DNA from: Defluviitaleaceae bacterium
GTDB lineage: Bacteria > Bacillota > Clostridia > Lachnospirales > WRAX01
NCBI GenBank assembly: GCA_009781625.1
Contig: WQVI01000003.1
Location: 1 to 44,327 of the forward strand
Direction of reading: 5' to 3'
Length of the DNA: 44,327 nt
Shown here piece by piece: positions 19,621-28,373 of this stretch (position 1 is its first letter; every line of letters starts with the position of its first letter). The translations under genes were made by a program, and so were the position numbers. Under the pieces are notes generated by a model, which searched no databases, was not told where the DNA came from, and saw only the letters and a list, made by a program, of their open reading frames with translations.

Positions 19621-19748
19621 AGGGCCTGTTCCTGCTAACAAAAACGCATCTTTGTGACCGATATTTCCGCCACTCTTCGTCAGCTCTTCCTTGATTGGCG
19701 AAAAATCGCCTCACAAATCTGCATTTTCTTATAGTGGGAACAGGACCT
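19621..19748. mobile_element. MITE copy 2, inverted and internally deleted
   Basis: Reverse complement of 18326-18488 lacking ~35 central bp; CTAG at both junctions. Confidence 0.8.
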
Positions 19749-19820
19749 AGCTAAAATATAGCACATATTATCCATATCGTAACATCTTTTCAGGCAAATG
19801 TCAACACTTCGTGTCTTAAA

Positions 19821-20021
19821 AATCCATATGGTGTGGCCGCAATGGACTTGTAACAAAATTACCTACATACCATCCGTAGGGGCGGCTTGTAGCCGCCCGT
19901 TAATGAAATGCCGCGAATGTCGTAACGTATAGATGTCGCTTCATAAGCGGGCGGCTGTAAGCCGCCCCTACAAGTGAGTGGGTGGTTTTGTTACAGGGCT
20001 AATGTCCACACCATATGGATT
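19821..20021. mobile_element. Nested palindromic element containing a GTAG REP doublet (REPIN)
   Basis: Outer 16-bp IR aatccatatggtgtgg; middle IR tgtaacaaaa; REPs at 19876-19899 and 19948-19971. Confidence 0.8.
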
Positions 20022-20550
20022 ACACGCGCCAGAATCCATTAAACCATGCCCGCTCTGAAAAAGGTTTCTTGTCTGCATGTTTTATTGATTGCGAAGCAAT
20101 TCCAATTGGAAGAAAACAGACAAGTTCATAATCTTCCGGGACATTCAAAATATTCGCCATTTTTCGTCCAATAGCATCAGAGTCAGTTACGTGCCCCTCG
20201 TACCAACAGCTTTGGTACCCAAGTTCAACTGCTGCTAACAGCATATTCTGGATAGCCGCTGAATAATCCTGTACATTGAAGCACTTATCCCTATATGCAA
20301 TGATCTTTCGCGTTAATACGCATATTATGGCGGGAGCGGTTTCTGCAACCTGCGGGCTAATTACTTCGCGCAATCTGGCTAACAATTCGGCATCATCTAC
20401 AACGATTAGGCTTGTTGTTTGCTTGTTGCAGCCAGACGGCGCTGATAATCCAGCTTCCATAATTTTTGTTAAGTCGCTTCTGGGGACACTGATATTTTCA
20501 TATTTTCCTCGGTAGCTAGTCCTATTTTTTATTGCGTCCAATGCGGTCAT
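20020..20550 (-). CDS. Nitroreductase family protein
   Basis: RTSYR, APSGCNKQ, QNMLLAAVELGYQSCW. Confidence 0.92.
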   Translation of the reverse strand: MTALDAIKNRTSYRGKYENISVPRSDLTKIMEAGLSAPSGCNKQTTSLIVVDDAELLARLREVISPQVAETAPAIICVLTRKIIAYRDKCFNVQDYSAAIQNMLLAAVELGYQSCWYEGHVTDSDAIGRKMANILNVPEDYELVCFLPIGIASQSIKHADKKPFSERAWFNGFWRV

Positions 20551-20555
20551 AAGCT

Positions 20556-21737
20556 CTAAATTCCCAATTCTTGTTTAGCTTCCTTAAACGCATTAAGCAC
20601 ATAGTCCAGCTGTTCTTTTGTATGGGCGGCAGAAACCTGCGTGCGCACCCGTGCCTTGCCCTTGGGCACAACGGGATAGAAAAAGCCGATAACATACACA
20701 TTTTTTGCAAGCATGGCCTCTGCCAGCTTTTGCGAGGCAATTTCGTCGTAGGTCATTATGGGCACTATGGGATGGGTGCCGGGCACGATGTCATAGCCGA
20801 TGTCTGTAAGGCCTTTGCGGAAATACGCCGTGTTTTCTTTAAGACGCGCGGCCAAATCTCCGGATTTACTTATCATATCCAGCACCGTAAGGGATGCGCT
20901 GGCGATGATGGGCGAGAGGCTGTTAGAAAACAGATATGTGCGGCTGCGTTGGCGCAAAATGTCTATAATAGCCTTTTTGCCGCTGGTATAGCCGCCGGAA
21001 GAGCCGCCCAGGGCCTTACCCAGCGTACCCGTTAGCACATCAATGCGGTCTATCACGCCGCAATGCTCATGGGCACCTTTGAGGTTGTCGCCAATAACAC
21101 CAACGCCGTGGCTGTCATCCACAATAACAATGGCGTCGTATTTGTCAGCCAAGTCGCAAACAGCCACAAGGTTGGCAATGGTGCCGTCCATGGAGAAAAC
21201 ACCGTCCGTTACAATAGCTTTAATGCGGCTGCCCGCTGCCTCTTTTAGGCAGTTCTCCAGTTCTTGCATATTGTTATTTTTGTAGCGGAAACGCTTGGCT
21301 TTGCATAGACGCACACCATCAATGATGCTGGCGTGGTTAAGCTCGTCGCTGATAATTGCGTCGTCGGGGCCTAAGATGGTCTCAAAAAGGCCGCCGTTTG
21401 CGTCATAGCAAGACGAATATAAAATAGTATCATCTGTGCCCAAAAATTCTGAAAGCTTAGCCTCAAGATTTTTATGAAGCTCTTGCGTGCCGCATATAAA
21501 GCGCACGCTGGATAGGCCATAGCCCCAACGGTCTATACCTGCCTTGGCCGCCGCCTTTATCTCGTCATTGTTGGACAGGCCAAGATAGTTGTTGGCGCAC
21601 ATGTTTATCAGCCCAGGGTACTTTGTCGTATCAATTTTCGCGCCCTGTGGCGTCGTGATGATACGCTCTGTTTTCCACAAGCCGCTGTCTTTAATTTCTT
21701 GGGTCAATGCTGCCCAATGGTTGTATGCTGTTTTCAT
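20556..21737 (-). CDS. kbl: Glycine C-acetyltransferase (2-amino-3-ketobutyrate CoA ligase)
   Basis: CANNYLGL, SVRFICGT, DELNHAS, TLGKALGG; start after GAGGAGG. Confidence 0.96.
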   Translation of the reverse strand: MKTAYNHWAALTQEIKDSGLWKTERIITTPQGAKIDTTKYPGLINMCANNYLGLSNNDEIKAAAKAGIDRWGYGLSSVRFICGTQELHKNLEAKLSEFLGTDDTILYSSCYDANGGLFETILGPDDAIISDELNHASIIDGVRLCKAKRFRYKNNNMQELENCLKEAAGSRIKAIVTDGVFSMDGTIANLVAVCDLADKYDAIVIVDDSHGVGVIGDNLKGAHEHCGVIDRIDVLTGTLGKALGGSSGGYTSGKKAIIDILRQRSRTYLFSNSLSPIIASASLTVLDMISKSGDLAARLKENTAYFRKGLTDIGYDIVPGTHPIVPIMTYDEIASQKLAEAMLAKNVYVIGFFYPVVPKGKARVRTQVSAAHTKEQLDYVLNAFKEAKQELGI

Positions 21738-21756
21738 GCATTTCCTCCTCAAATCT

Positions 21757-21858
21757 TATAGCAATTCAACTTGAAAATTGCCTCAGCTCGCGCGGATACA
21801 CACTTGGTGCGCTGTCTGTATCCGCGCGGCCTCGTTGTTTTCAAGTAAAATTGCTATA
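21757..21858. mobile_element. 102-bp TATAG-ended MITE-like element
   Basis: 21-bp TIR tatagcaattYWacttgaaaa (2 mismatches); inner 12-bp perfect IR cgcgcggataca. Confidence 0.7.
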
Positions 21859-21861
21859 GTG

Positions 21862-22449
21862 CTAATCATTGTTACGCACTAATATTTCTGTCCAGCCATC
21901 ATAATCTGTCAATAGCAGCATTTCACTGTCTCCGAAGACGCTTCTATAAATGGCAAAATGAAATTCATAGTAGTCGTCATATGGAAAAGCGAGAGTTATT
22001 ATGTTACCATCGGCGCCCCACGCAAAATATTGTGCGTCCAGTGTGGCAGCATCATACAGCCTAAACATTGAAGCTATACCTGTGCCATCCGCGAAAAATT
22101 CAATGCGCTCAACCAAAGTTTCATATTCGTCATATTCGATATCCCAAGCACCGCCTATCAAAAAGCCTTCGATAGCGGCATGGCCCAAATAAGCTGTGTT
22201 TGTATCAGGGTTAAAGTCCACAGGCAGGCCCAGCAAATCCGCCATGGTGCGCAGAGGCAAAAATGTCCTATCATCCATAATAAATGGCTGGCTGTCCTCA
22301 TCAAATTGCACTGTGCGGCCGTTTAAGACGATGCTAATGCCATAATGTATCTCGCGGCTTATGCCGGGGCTTGCGAAAACCAAAGTTGCCGACAGCATCA
22401 CCATCAGCAAAACACCAGCAACAAAGCCTTTTAAATGCTCTTTTTTCAT
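21862..22449 (-). CDS. Secreted protein with copper amine oxidase N-terminal (stalk) domain
   Basis: Signal peptide KGFVAG...VFA; PFIMDDRTFLPLR...LGLPVDF. Confidence 0.8.
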   Translation of the reverse strand: MKKEHLKGFVAGVLLMVMLSATLVFASPGISREIHYGISIVLNGRTVQFDEDSQPFIMDDRTFLPLRTMADLLGLPVDFNPDTNTAYLGHAAIEGFLIGGAWDIEYDEYETLVERIEFFADGTGIASMFRLYDAATLDAQYFAWGADGNIITLAFPYDDYYEFHFAIYRSVFGDSEMLLLTDYDGWTEILVRNND

Positions 22450-22468
22450 GACTATCTCCGAAATTTAT

Positions 22469-22930
22469 TTATTTTTCTGCGTGCATATCCACCGCATAAT
22501 CCCGCATATCATCAGGATTTACGTAGATTTTTGCTGAGAGGTGAAATTCATCCAAAGGTGTGAAGTTAACATCGCTATGGCCTAAGCACAGACAATACCA
22601 GCGCGTTTTGGTGGTATGCTCGGCACCCTTATCGTCTGTGTAGGTGAAATACGCACGGAAAGTTATATAGCCCCATACGCGCAGCAAATAGACGGGTGCA
22701 TAATCTATACTATCAGCATCGTAAGCTGCGCCGCTGGCTTGTAAATGCGCAAGCCTTTTGCCCCTCATCCAACCAATAAGCAAAAACGCTATGCCCAGGG
22801 CAAAAAATGCGGCAAGGATAATGAAAATTGTGAGGACAGAGTTGATGAGGGCAAGGATGGCAAGAGCCGCCGAAATAAGTGCCATGCGAAGTCCCATCAC
22901 ACTGTGAAAACTAGCTATTTTTCTTTCCAT
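22469..22930 (-). CDS. Hypothetical membrane protein, paralog of 22958-23437
   Basis: Two TM segments and a beta domain ending IYVNPxxxxDYAVD. Confidence 0.75.
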   Translation of the reverse strand: MERKIASFHSVMGLRMALISAALAILALINSVLTIFIILAAFFALGIAFLLIGWMRGKRLAHLQASGAAYDADSIDYAPVYLLRVWGYITFRAYFTYTDDKGAEHTTKTRWYCLCLGHSDVNFTPLDEFHLSAKIYVNPDDMRDYAVDMHAEK

Positions 22931-22957
22931 AACAAAATCAATCTCCGAAAAACTTCA

Positions 22958-23437
22958 TTATTGTTTTACATTTGCGCGAAAATCCACTGCGTAATCCTGT
23001 GAATTTTGCGGGTTAACATAGATGGTTGCAGAAAATGTCAAGTTGTGCAAACGCACAGTTCCAAAGCGTGTACTTACGGCGCATCGTCTGGCTTTTGTGG
23101 TATGCTTAACACCGTTGCTATCTATATAAGTGGCAGTTAGCTTGACGTCCTTATGCCCCGGTATCCAAAATAGAGAGGTGGTTGCATAGGCAACATCTTC
23201 TGCCTCATAGGCTACCCCATCAGCGCGCAGGCGAGCCAACTTTCGCCGTCTAAACCAATCCGGCATCAAGAACGTTATAGCTGTGATAAATAGCGCTGCG
23301 ATAGAAAAGTAGCCAACAAATGCAACTTCAGGTATAAGGTGTATGCCGCCAATAAAGAAGAGGGCGATGAAAAGCCCCCAAAGCGGCATTCCAGGAAAGG
23401 CGGTTATGGCAGATATGCTTCTAATTTTCATTTCCAT
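22958..23437 (-). CDS. Hypothetical membrane protein, paralog of 22469-22930
   Basis: Same architecture, HTTK and IYVNPQNSQDYAVD; start may extend to GTG 23446. Confidence 0.75.
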   Translation of the reverse strand: MEMKIRSISAITAFPGMPLWGLFIALFFIGGIHLIPEVAFVGYFSIAALFITAITFLMPDWFRRRKLARLRADGVAYEAEDVAYATTSLFWIPGHKDVKLTATYIDSNGVKHTTKARRCAVSTRFGTVRLHNLTFSATIYVNPQNSQDYAVDFRANVKQ

Positions 23438-23446
23438 GCGTGCCAC

Positions 23447-24499
23447 CTAGTCCCAATTAAGCACAACCTTCACGGCCTCGCCCTTCATCATAGCCGCAAA
23501 GCCCTTTTCAAAATCTGTATAATGGAATTCGTGGGTTACAAGCCTGTCAACCTTTTCGGCCAGGCCTGTTTGCAACAATGCCGTCATCTTATACCATGTG
23601 TCATACATCTCGCGGCCATAAATGCCCTTTAGATGCAGGCAACGGAAGATGACCTTGTTCCAGTCTATTTTAATTTCTTCGGCAAAGATGCCAAGGATGG
23701 CTATTTTGCCGCCATTAGCCATATTGTCCACCATATCCGCGAAAGCAGATGCGGCACCGGACATTTCCAAGCCCACGTCGAAGCCCTCTGTCATACCAAG
23801 CTCGGCCATAACATCGCTGATGTTTTCCTTCATTACATTAACTGTACGTGTCGCGCCAAGCTCCATTGCAAGGGCAAGAGGCTCGTCTCTTCTGCCTGTG
23901 ATGACGATGTTGCGCGCACCCGCCATCTTAGCTATGGGCACTGCCATAAGGCCAATAGGCCCGGAGCCTGTAATTAAAACATCCTCACCCAGCAAGTTGA
24001 AGGAAAGTGCCGTATGTACAGCATTTCCAAGGGGGTCTTGCACGGCCAGCACATTTTCAGGGATACCTGCTGGGCACGGCCAAATATTTGTTGCAGGAAT
24101 AGCAGCGTATTGAGCAAACACACCGTCATCATTAACGCCTATGCCTACGGTTTGGCGGCATAGATGCTGCGAGCCCGTGATGCACCAGCGGCATTTGCCG
24201 CAAACCACATGCCCTTCGCCGGAAACAAGCTGCCCGATGGTAAAGCCTGTAACGTTATCGCCAAGAGCCACAATTTCACCAACAAATTCATGACCTATCG
24301 TCAGCGGCGGTTTTATAGTCTTTTCTGCCCAAGAATCCCATTTATAAATATGCACATCCGTACCGCAAATGCCTGTTTTACGAAGCTTCACCAACACGTC
24401 ATTTTTTGATATCTGGGGCACCGGCTTTTCCTGAAGCTCAAGCCCGCCATATTCGCCTTTGGCCTTAACGATGGCCTTCATGGTTTTAGGTATTTCCAT
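23447..24499 (-). CDS. tdh: L-threonine 3-dehydrogenase
   Basis: GICGTDVHIY, GHEFVG, structural Zn Cys, GIYGREMYDTWY; start after AGGAGG. Confidence 0.96.
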   Translation of the reverse strand: MEIPKTMKAIVKAKGEYGGLELQEKPVPQISKNDVLVKLRKTGICGTDVHIYKWDSWAEKTIKPPLTIGHEFVGEIVALGDNVTGFTIGQLVSGEGHVVCGKCRWCITGSQHLCRQTVGIGVNDDGVFAQYAAIPATNIWPCPAGIPENVLAVQDPLGNAVHTALSFNLLGEDVLITGSGPIGLMAVPIAKMAGARNIVITGRRDEPLALAMELGATRTVNVMKENISDVMAELGMTEGFDVGLEMSGAASAFADMVDNMANGGKIAILGIFAEEIKIDWNKVIFRCLHLKGIYGREMYDTWYKMTALLQTGLAEKVDRLVTHEFHYTDFEKGFAAMMKGEAVKVVLNWD

Positions 24500-24580
24500 A
24501 TCATTTCCTCCTATCAGAAATGTAAAATTTAAGTCGTACAAACATTGTAACACGATTTTATTTTGGTTGCAATACGATAT

Positions 24581-24609
24581 GTCTAAAGTTGCCCAAGCCC
24601 TCATATAAT
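24581..24609 (+). promoter_or_regulatory. SigE-like promoter for ykvI-gerS-alr
   Basis: GTCTAAA-14-CATATAAT. Confidence 0.5.
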
Positions 24610-24634
24610 GCAAAAAACAACAAGGGGCGGCATC

Positions 24635-25672
24635 ATGGATAAAATAAAAATAATTAAAACTGCTTGTGTGTACACAGGGTTAATTTTCGGCGCGGGATTT
24701 GCTTCCGGCCAAGAGCATCTCACATTTTTCCTGCGCTACGGCAGATTGGGCATTGCCGGCATCATCGTGGCCAGCGTCCTAATAGCCCTTTGCGGCTGGG
24801 CTGTGATGGACATCTGCGTGCGCCAGAAAATAGGCAATTATCGCGAATTTATGGCGATGGTATTTGGCCCGCGACTTGGGGCTGCTTTGGACATCATCAC
24901 GGGCGTTTTCATCTTCGTGATTTTCTCCGCCATGCTGGCCGCCACAGGTGCCATGGGTAGCGAGGCCGCCGGACTGCCCTTTACATGGGGCGTAATTTTT
25001 GCTGCCGCGCTGTGTTTTATCGTGTTGTTATTTGATTTGCGCGGCATGGTGCAGATAAACATCATAATTTCACCTATTTTGGTGGTTGGCGCGCTGCTCT
25101 TGGGCCTATATGCCATCTTCGGCAGCGCGGCACCTGCTTTTGCGGCGCGCGCCGTGGACAATTGGCCCACATCCGCCGTGGTGTATGCATCCTACAATTT
25201 GATACCTGCCGTTGCTGTGCTGGCGGCCATGCCAAAACTGGTAACATCACGCAAAATAGCAAGGCATGGCGGCATATTGGGCGGCATTTTCCTGGGCATC
25301 ATCGGCATAGTGCTGGCGGTTGCACTTCTCTCTAACATTGGCTTAATAGGCCAAATGGAGCTCCCCATGCTGGCTCTGGCGCGAAATTATGGCCATCTGG
25401 TCGCAAATCTTTATATAATATTACTGTTTTTGGCTATTTTCACCACGGCGGCCACAAATGCCTTTTCGCTGACAGAATGGCTGGCGGCAAGGGTTAACTT
25501 CTCAAAGATGCGGATAAAAATTGCAATAATCATCTTAGGCATCGCCGCCGCCCATGTTGGCTTTTCTAACATTGTCACCCATGCCTACAGTTTTTTCGGC
25601 TTCTTAGGGATTTTCATCATGGTTTCTATCATCATTTACTTCTTTCGTGGCATAAAACACCGCGAAAGCTAG
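24635..25672 (+). CDS. YkvI family membrane protein
   Basis: GAGFASGQE motif, ~10 TM segments. Confidence 0.85.
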   Translation: MDKIKIIKTACVYTGLIFGAGFASGQEHLTFFLRYGRLGIAGIIVASVLIALCGWAVMDICVRQKIGNYREFMAMVFGPRLGAALDIITGVFIFVIFSAMLAATGAMGSEAAGLPFTWGVIFAAALCFIVLLFDLRGMVQINIIISPILVVGALLLGLYAIFGSAAPAFAARAVDNWPTSAVVYASYNLIPAVAVLAAMPKLVTSRKIARHGGILGGIFLGIIGIVLAVALLSNIGLIGQMELPMLALARNYGHLVANLYIILLFLAIFTTAATNAFSLTEWLAARVNFSKMRIKIAIIILGIAAAHVGFSNIVTHAYSFFGFLGIFIMVSIIIYFFRGIKHRES

Positions 25673-25709
25673 TATACATAGTACAATCTTAGATTGTCCG
25701 GAGGTAATT

Positions 25710-26345
25710 ATGAAGAAGTTTATGTTTTTGATGCTAATTTGCGCGGGCGTGTTGGTGCTTTCCGCCTGCACGGCCATACAAGAGAGGGTTGACGCCACAG
25801 CCTATGAAAGAATTCACCGCCAGCTGATGGCCATGGAAAGTTTTACGACCCAGGCTACGGTTACGTTTATTTCCAACAACAGCACCCATGTTTACGAAAC
25901 CATCCAACACGCTCGCGTTACCGGCGAATACCGCATAGAAGTGACAGCCCCTGAAAATGTGGCGGGCAACACCACTGTTTTTGACGGCACCACCATATCC
26001 CAATTTAACCCCCGGGTAGATGGCCGCATTTCACAAACCAGCACGGAAGCACCGGAGCGTCTGGAAATTTTGCTGACGTCCTTTGTGCGTAACTTTGTCA
26101 CCAGCCAAGAGGTAAGCATCATGGCCGCGGCCATGGAAGAGGGATTGACGACGATATTGGAAGCCACCATCCCCGGCGACCACCCATATATGACATCCCA
26201 GCGGCTGTGGGTTAAAAACGATACACAGCTGCCCGTGCAGATGATAATTTATGACCAAAACGGCGCAGAAAGAATTATTGTAATTTTTAATAGCTTTGAG
26301 TATAATGTGAATATAGAGGATAATATGTTCCAAGTTAGACGATAA
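25710..26345 (+). CDS. GerS-like / LolA-fold lipoprotein
   Basis: Lipobox VLSAC, YRIEVTAPE motif, directly upstream of alr as in clostridial gerS loci. Confidence 0.75.
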   Translation: MKKFMFLMLICAGVLVLSACTAIQERVDATAYERIHRQLMAMESFTTQATVTFISNNSTHVYETIQHARVTGEYRIEVTAPENVAGNTTVFDGTTISQFNPRVDGRISQTSTEAPERLEILLTSFVRNFVTSQEVSIMAAAMEEGLTTILEATIPGDHPYMTSQRLWVKNDTQLPVQMIIYDQNGAERIIVIFNSFEYNVNIEDNMFQVRR

Positions 26346-26363
26346 ATGGGGTGAATACAAAAG

Positions 26364-27506
26364 ATGATAACTTTTGGGAGAACGGCGGCCGTGGTGAGCT
26401 CTGCCGCCATTGCAAACAATATTGGCGTTGTTAGGAAAATGATTGCGCCCAAGACGCGCATAATGGCCGTTGTAAAGGCTAATGGCTATGGCCATGGTAT
26501 TTACGAGGTGTCTAAAGCGGCTGTAAACGCCGGGGCGGACTGGCTGGGCGTTGCCACCGTGATGGAAGGCGTGTTTTTGCGCCGCCTTAATATAATGGCT
26601 CCCATCTTGGTGCTTAGCCCAACTTTTGAGGAAGAATATGAAAACCTCATCCTTAACAACCTTACATCCACAATTTTTAGCCTTGAAACGGCGAAAAAGA
26701 TGGCCCATGTGGCGGGATATCTGGAGAGGCCAGCGAAGGTGCATATCAAGATAGACACAGGGATGAACCGCGTTGGATATACCGTTGCCAATGGCGAAGC
26801 AGAGGCCGTGGCGGCTGAAATTGCTGAAATTTCACGCTTGGAGGGCATTATTCTTGATGGCATATATTCCCATCTCGCAACGTCGGATTCTGACGCTGCT
26901 TTCGCACAAGAACAATTTCGCCGCTTCATGCATATAATAGGGGTATTGGAAAAAATCGGTCTACATATTCCTATGAAACATATTTCAAATTCTGGCGCAA
27001 TTTTGGGATTTCCGGAATTTAATCTGGACATGGTGCGTGCAGGTGTTTTGACATATGGTCTTGCGCCAAATTCGCTGCACGAAGGAGCCTTAGAGCTTGC
27101 GCGCCTAGGCTTTTTGCCTGCGCTTACGCTGAAAAGCCGCGTTGCCCATGTAAAAACCGTTAAAAAAGGCCAAAGCGTGGGCTATTCTCGTAATTTCCTT
27201 GCAGACAAGGATATGCGCGTGGCCACCATGCCTGTTGGCTACGGTGATGGCCTTTCGCGCCATCTAAGCAATTGCGGCCGCGTGCTGATAAACGGTGCTT
27301 TCTGCAATATCATCGGCAATGTTTGCATGGACCAAACCATGATAGATGTGACGCATATTGATGCAAAGCTGCGCGATGATGTTATCATCATCGGCCAAAG
27401 CGGTGATAAGCGCATTTGGGCCGAGGATGTAGCGGCCTGGCAAAAGTCTATTAACTACGAAGTGGCCACGTCAATTTCTGAAAGAGTTGCCAGATTTTAT
27501 GTATAG
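26364..27506 (+). CDS. alr: Alanine racemase
   Basis: AVVKANGYGHG, HIKIDTGMNR, VGYGDG, GNVCMDQ. Confidence 0.97.
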   Translation: MITFGRTAAVVSSAAIANNIGVVRKMIAPKTRIMAVVKANGYGHGIYEVSKAAVNAGADWLGVATVMEGVFLRRLNIMAPILVLSPTFEEEYENLILNNLTSTIFSLETAKKMAHVAGYLERPAKVHIKIDTGMNRVGYTVANGEAEAVAAEIAEISRLEGIILDGIYSHLATSDSDAAFAQEQFRRFMHIIGVLEKIGLHIPMKHISNSGAILGFPEFNLDMVRAGVLTYGLAPNSLHEGALELARLGFLPALTLKSRVAHVKTVKKGQSVGYSRNFLADKDMRVATMPVGYGDGLSRHLSNCGRVLINGAFCNIIGNVCMDQTMIDVTHIDAKLRDDVIIIGQSGDKRIWAEDVAAWQKSINYEVATSISERVARFYV

Positions 27507-27530
27507 TTGAACGCCGCAAGGTCAATAATA
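27501..27530 (+). promoter_or_regulatory. SigF/SigG-like promoter upstream of mazF
   Basis: GTATA-15-GTCAATAATA (also GTATA-18-AATAATA). Confidence 0.4.
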
Positions 27531-27578
27531 AATATGTAGCCCAAAATCCCGAATTATTCCGGTTTGGAGAGTGAGGAC

Positions 27579-27929
27579 ATGTTGGTAAAACGTGGCGACA
27601 TATTTTATGCAGACCTTAGCCCCGTCATAGGCAGCGAGCAGGGCGGCATCAGGCCCGTGCTTATTGTACAAAACGATGTGGGCAACAAATATAGCCCCAC
27701 CATCATCTGCGCGGCCATAACAAGCCAGATAGGCAAGGCAAAACTGCCCACACATATTGAGATAGACTGCGCAAAGGCGACTTTGGTAAAGGATTCTGTA
27801 GTCCTGCTGGAGCAAGTGCGCACTGTGGACAAAAAACGCCTGAGAGAAAAGATATGCCATCTGGATGACGCCTTTATGAGCAGAGTGGACAGAGCCCTGC
27901 GTGTAAGTTTCGGACTTGTAAATACATAG
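27579..27929 (+). CDS. mazF: PemK/MazF family endoribonuclease (EndoA)
   Basis: [41 protein letters not shown]; follows alr. Confidence 0.96.
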   Translation: MLVKRGDIFYADLSPVIGSEQGGIRPVLIVQNDVGNKYSPTIICAAITSQIGKAKLPTHIEIDCAKATLVKDSVVLLEQVRTVDKKRLREKICHLDDAFMSRVDRALRVSFGLVNT

Positions 27930-27954
27930 GCAGGGGAAATAGCTGATAACCAAA

Positions 27955-27985
27955 AACCACCGACAAATTCGGTGGTTAATTTTTT
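27955..27985 (+). terminator. Intrinsic terminator after mazF
   Basis: aaccaccga-caaat-tcggtggtt followed by a T run. Confidence 0.75.
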
Positions 27986-27994
27986 GCAAATATG

Positions 27995-28023
27995 TTGACA
28001 TTGGATAATTATGGTGATATAAT
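27995..28023 (+). promoter_or_regulatory. Consensus sigma-A promoter for the small ORF
   Basis: TTGACA-17-TATAAT with extended TG. Confidence 0.85.
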
Positions 28024-28044
28024 ATGCTTGCAAGATTGTTTAGG

Positions 28045-28118
28045 GAAAAAGGAATACGCTTGTCCAGCCTCACAAGCGTACCACGACAGGCGTATTCCTC
28101 CCAAGCAATTAAGCCCGT
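28045..28118 (-). ncRNA. Predicted ~73-nt cis-antisense RNA
   Basis: Own promoter at 28125-28153; ends in 14-bp stem GGAATACGCCTGTC/GACAAGCGTATTCC (1 mismatch) followed by TTTTT; ends estimated. Confidence 0.6.
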
Positions 28119-28124
28119 GAGAAG

Positions 28125-28153
28125 ATTGTATCTCACCTGGGCTTAATTGTCAA
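28125..28153 (-). promoter_or_regulatory. Antisense sigma-A promoter
   Basis: TTGACA-17-TACAAT on the minus strand. Confidence 0.7.
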
Positions 28154-28181
28154 GCCGCAAAAAGAGGGGGTGAGATTTTTT

Positions 28182-28370
28182 ATGGTCAAAAGAAAGCCGT
28201 CGCCCCCTAGTGGTTTTGCCGTTAACAGAAAGCTTGAGGCTATTTTAGAAGAAGAGCTTCAAAAGAGACTTAAAGATGATAGCAAAAACAACAAAGTGAC
28301 ATCAAAAGAAAAGGTAGAAGCGAAAAAAGCAGAAGATGACGAAGATTTTTTCATACCTGTGCTGTTTTAA
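28182..28370 (+). CDS. Small charged hypothetical protein (62 aa)
   Basis: GAGGGGGTGA RBS, own promoter, downstream terminator. Confidence 0.7.
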   Translation: MVKRKPSPPSGFAVNRKLEAILEEELQKRLKDDSKNNKVTSKEKVEAKKAEDDEDFFIPVLF

Positions 28371-28373
28371 TTA

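Noticed and set aside
19876-19971. REP doublets with different spacers as a mini-CRISPR
   Set aside because: Repeats are inverted rather than direct, only two per locus, and no cas genes are present.
22440-22960. Integron-like cassette boundaries between the inserted genes
   Set aside because: Gaps are under 30 nt with no attC-like palindrome; the shared sequence is explained by the RBS.
27522-28136. 204-aa minus-strand ORF over mazF as a hidden antitoxin
   Set aside because: Its start lies inside the antisense promoter spacer, it crosses a terminator hairpin, and it resembles no antitoxin.
28051-28149. Type III (ToxI-like) antitoxin repeat array for MazF
   Set aside because: Only a 9-nt imperfect direct repeat, located downstream of the toxin terminator; type III arrays are tandem repeats upstream of the toxin.
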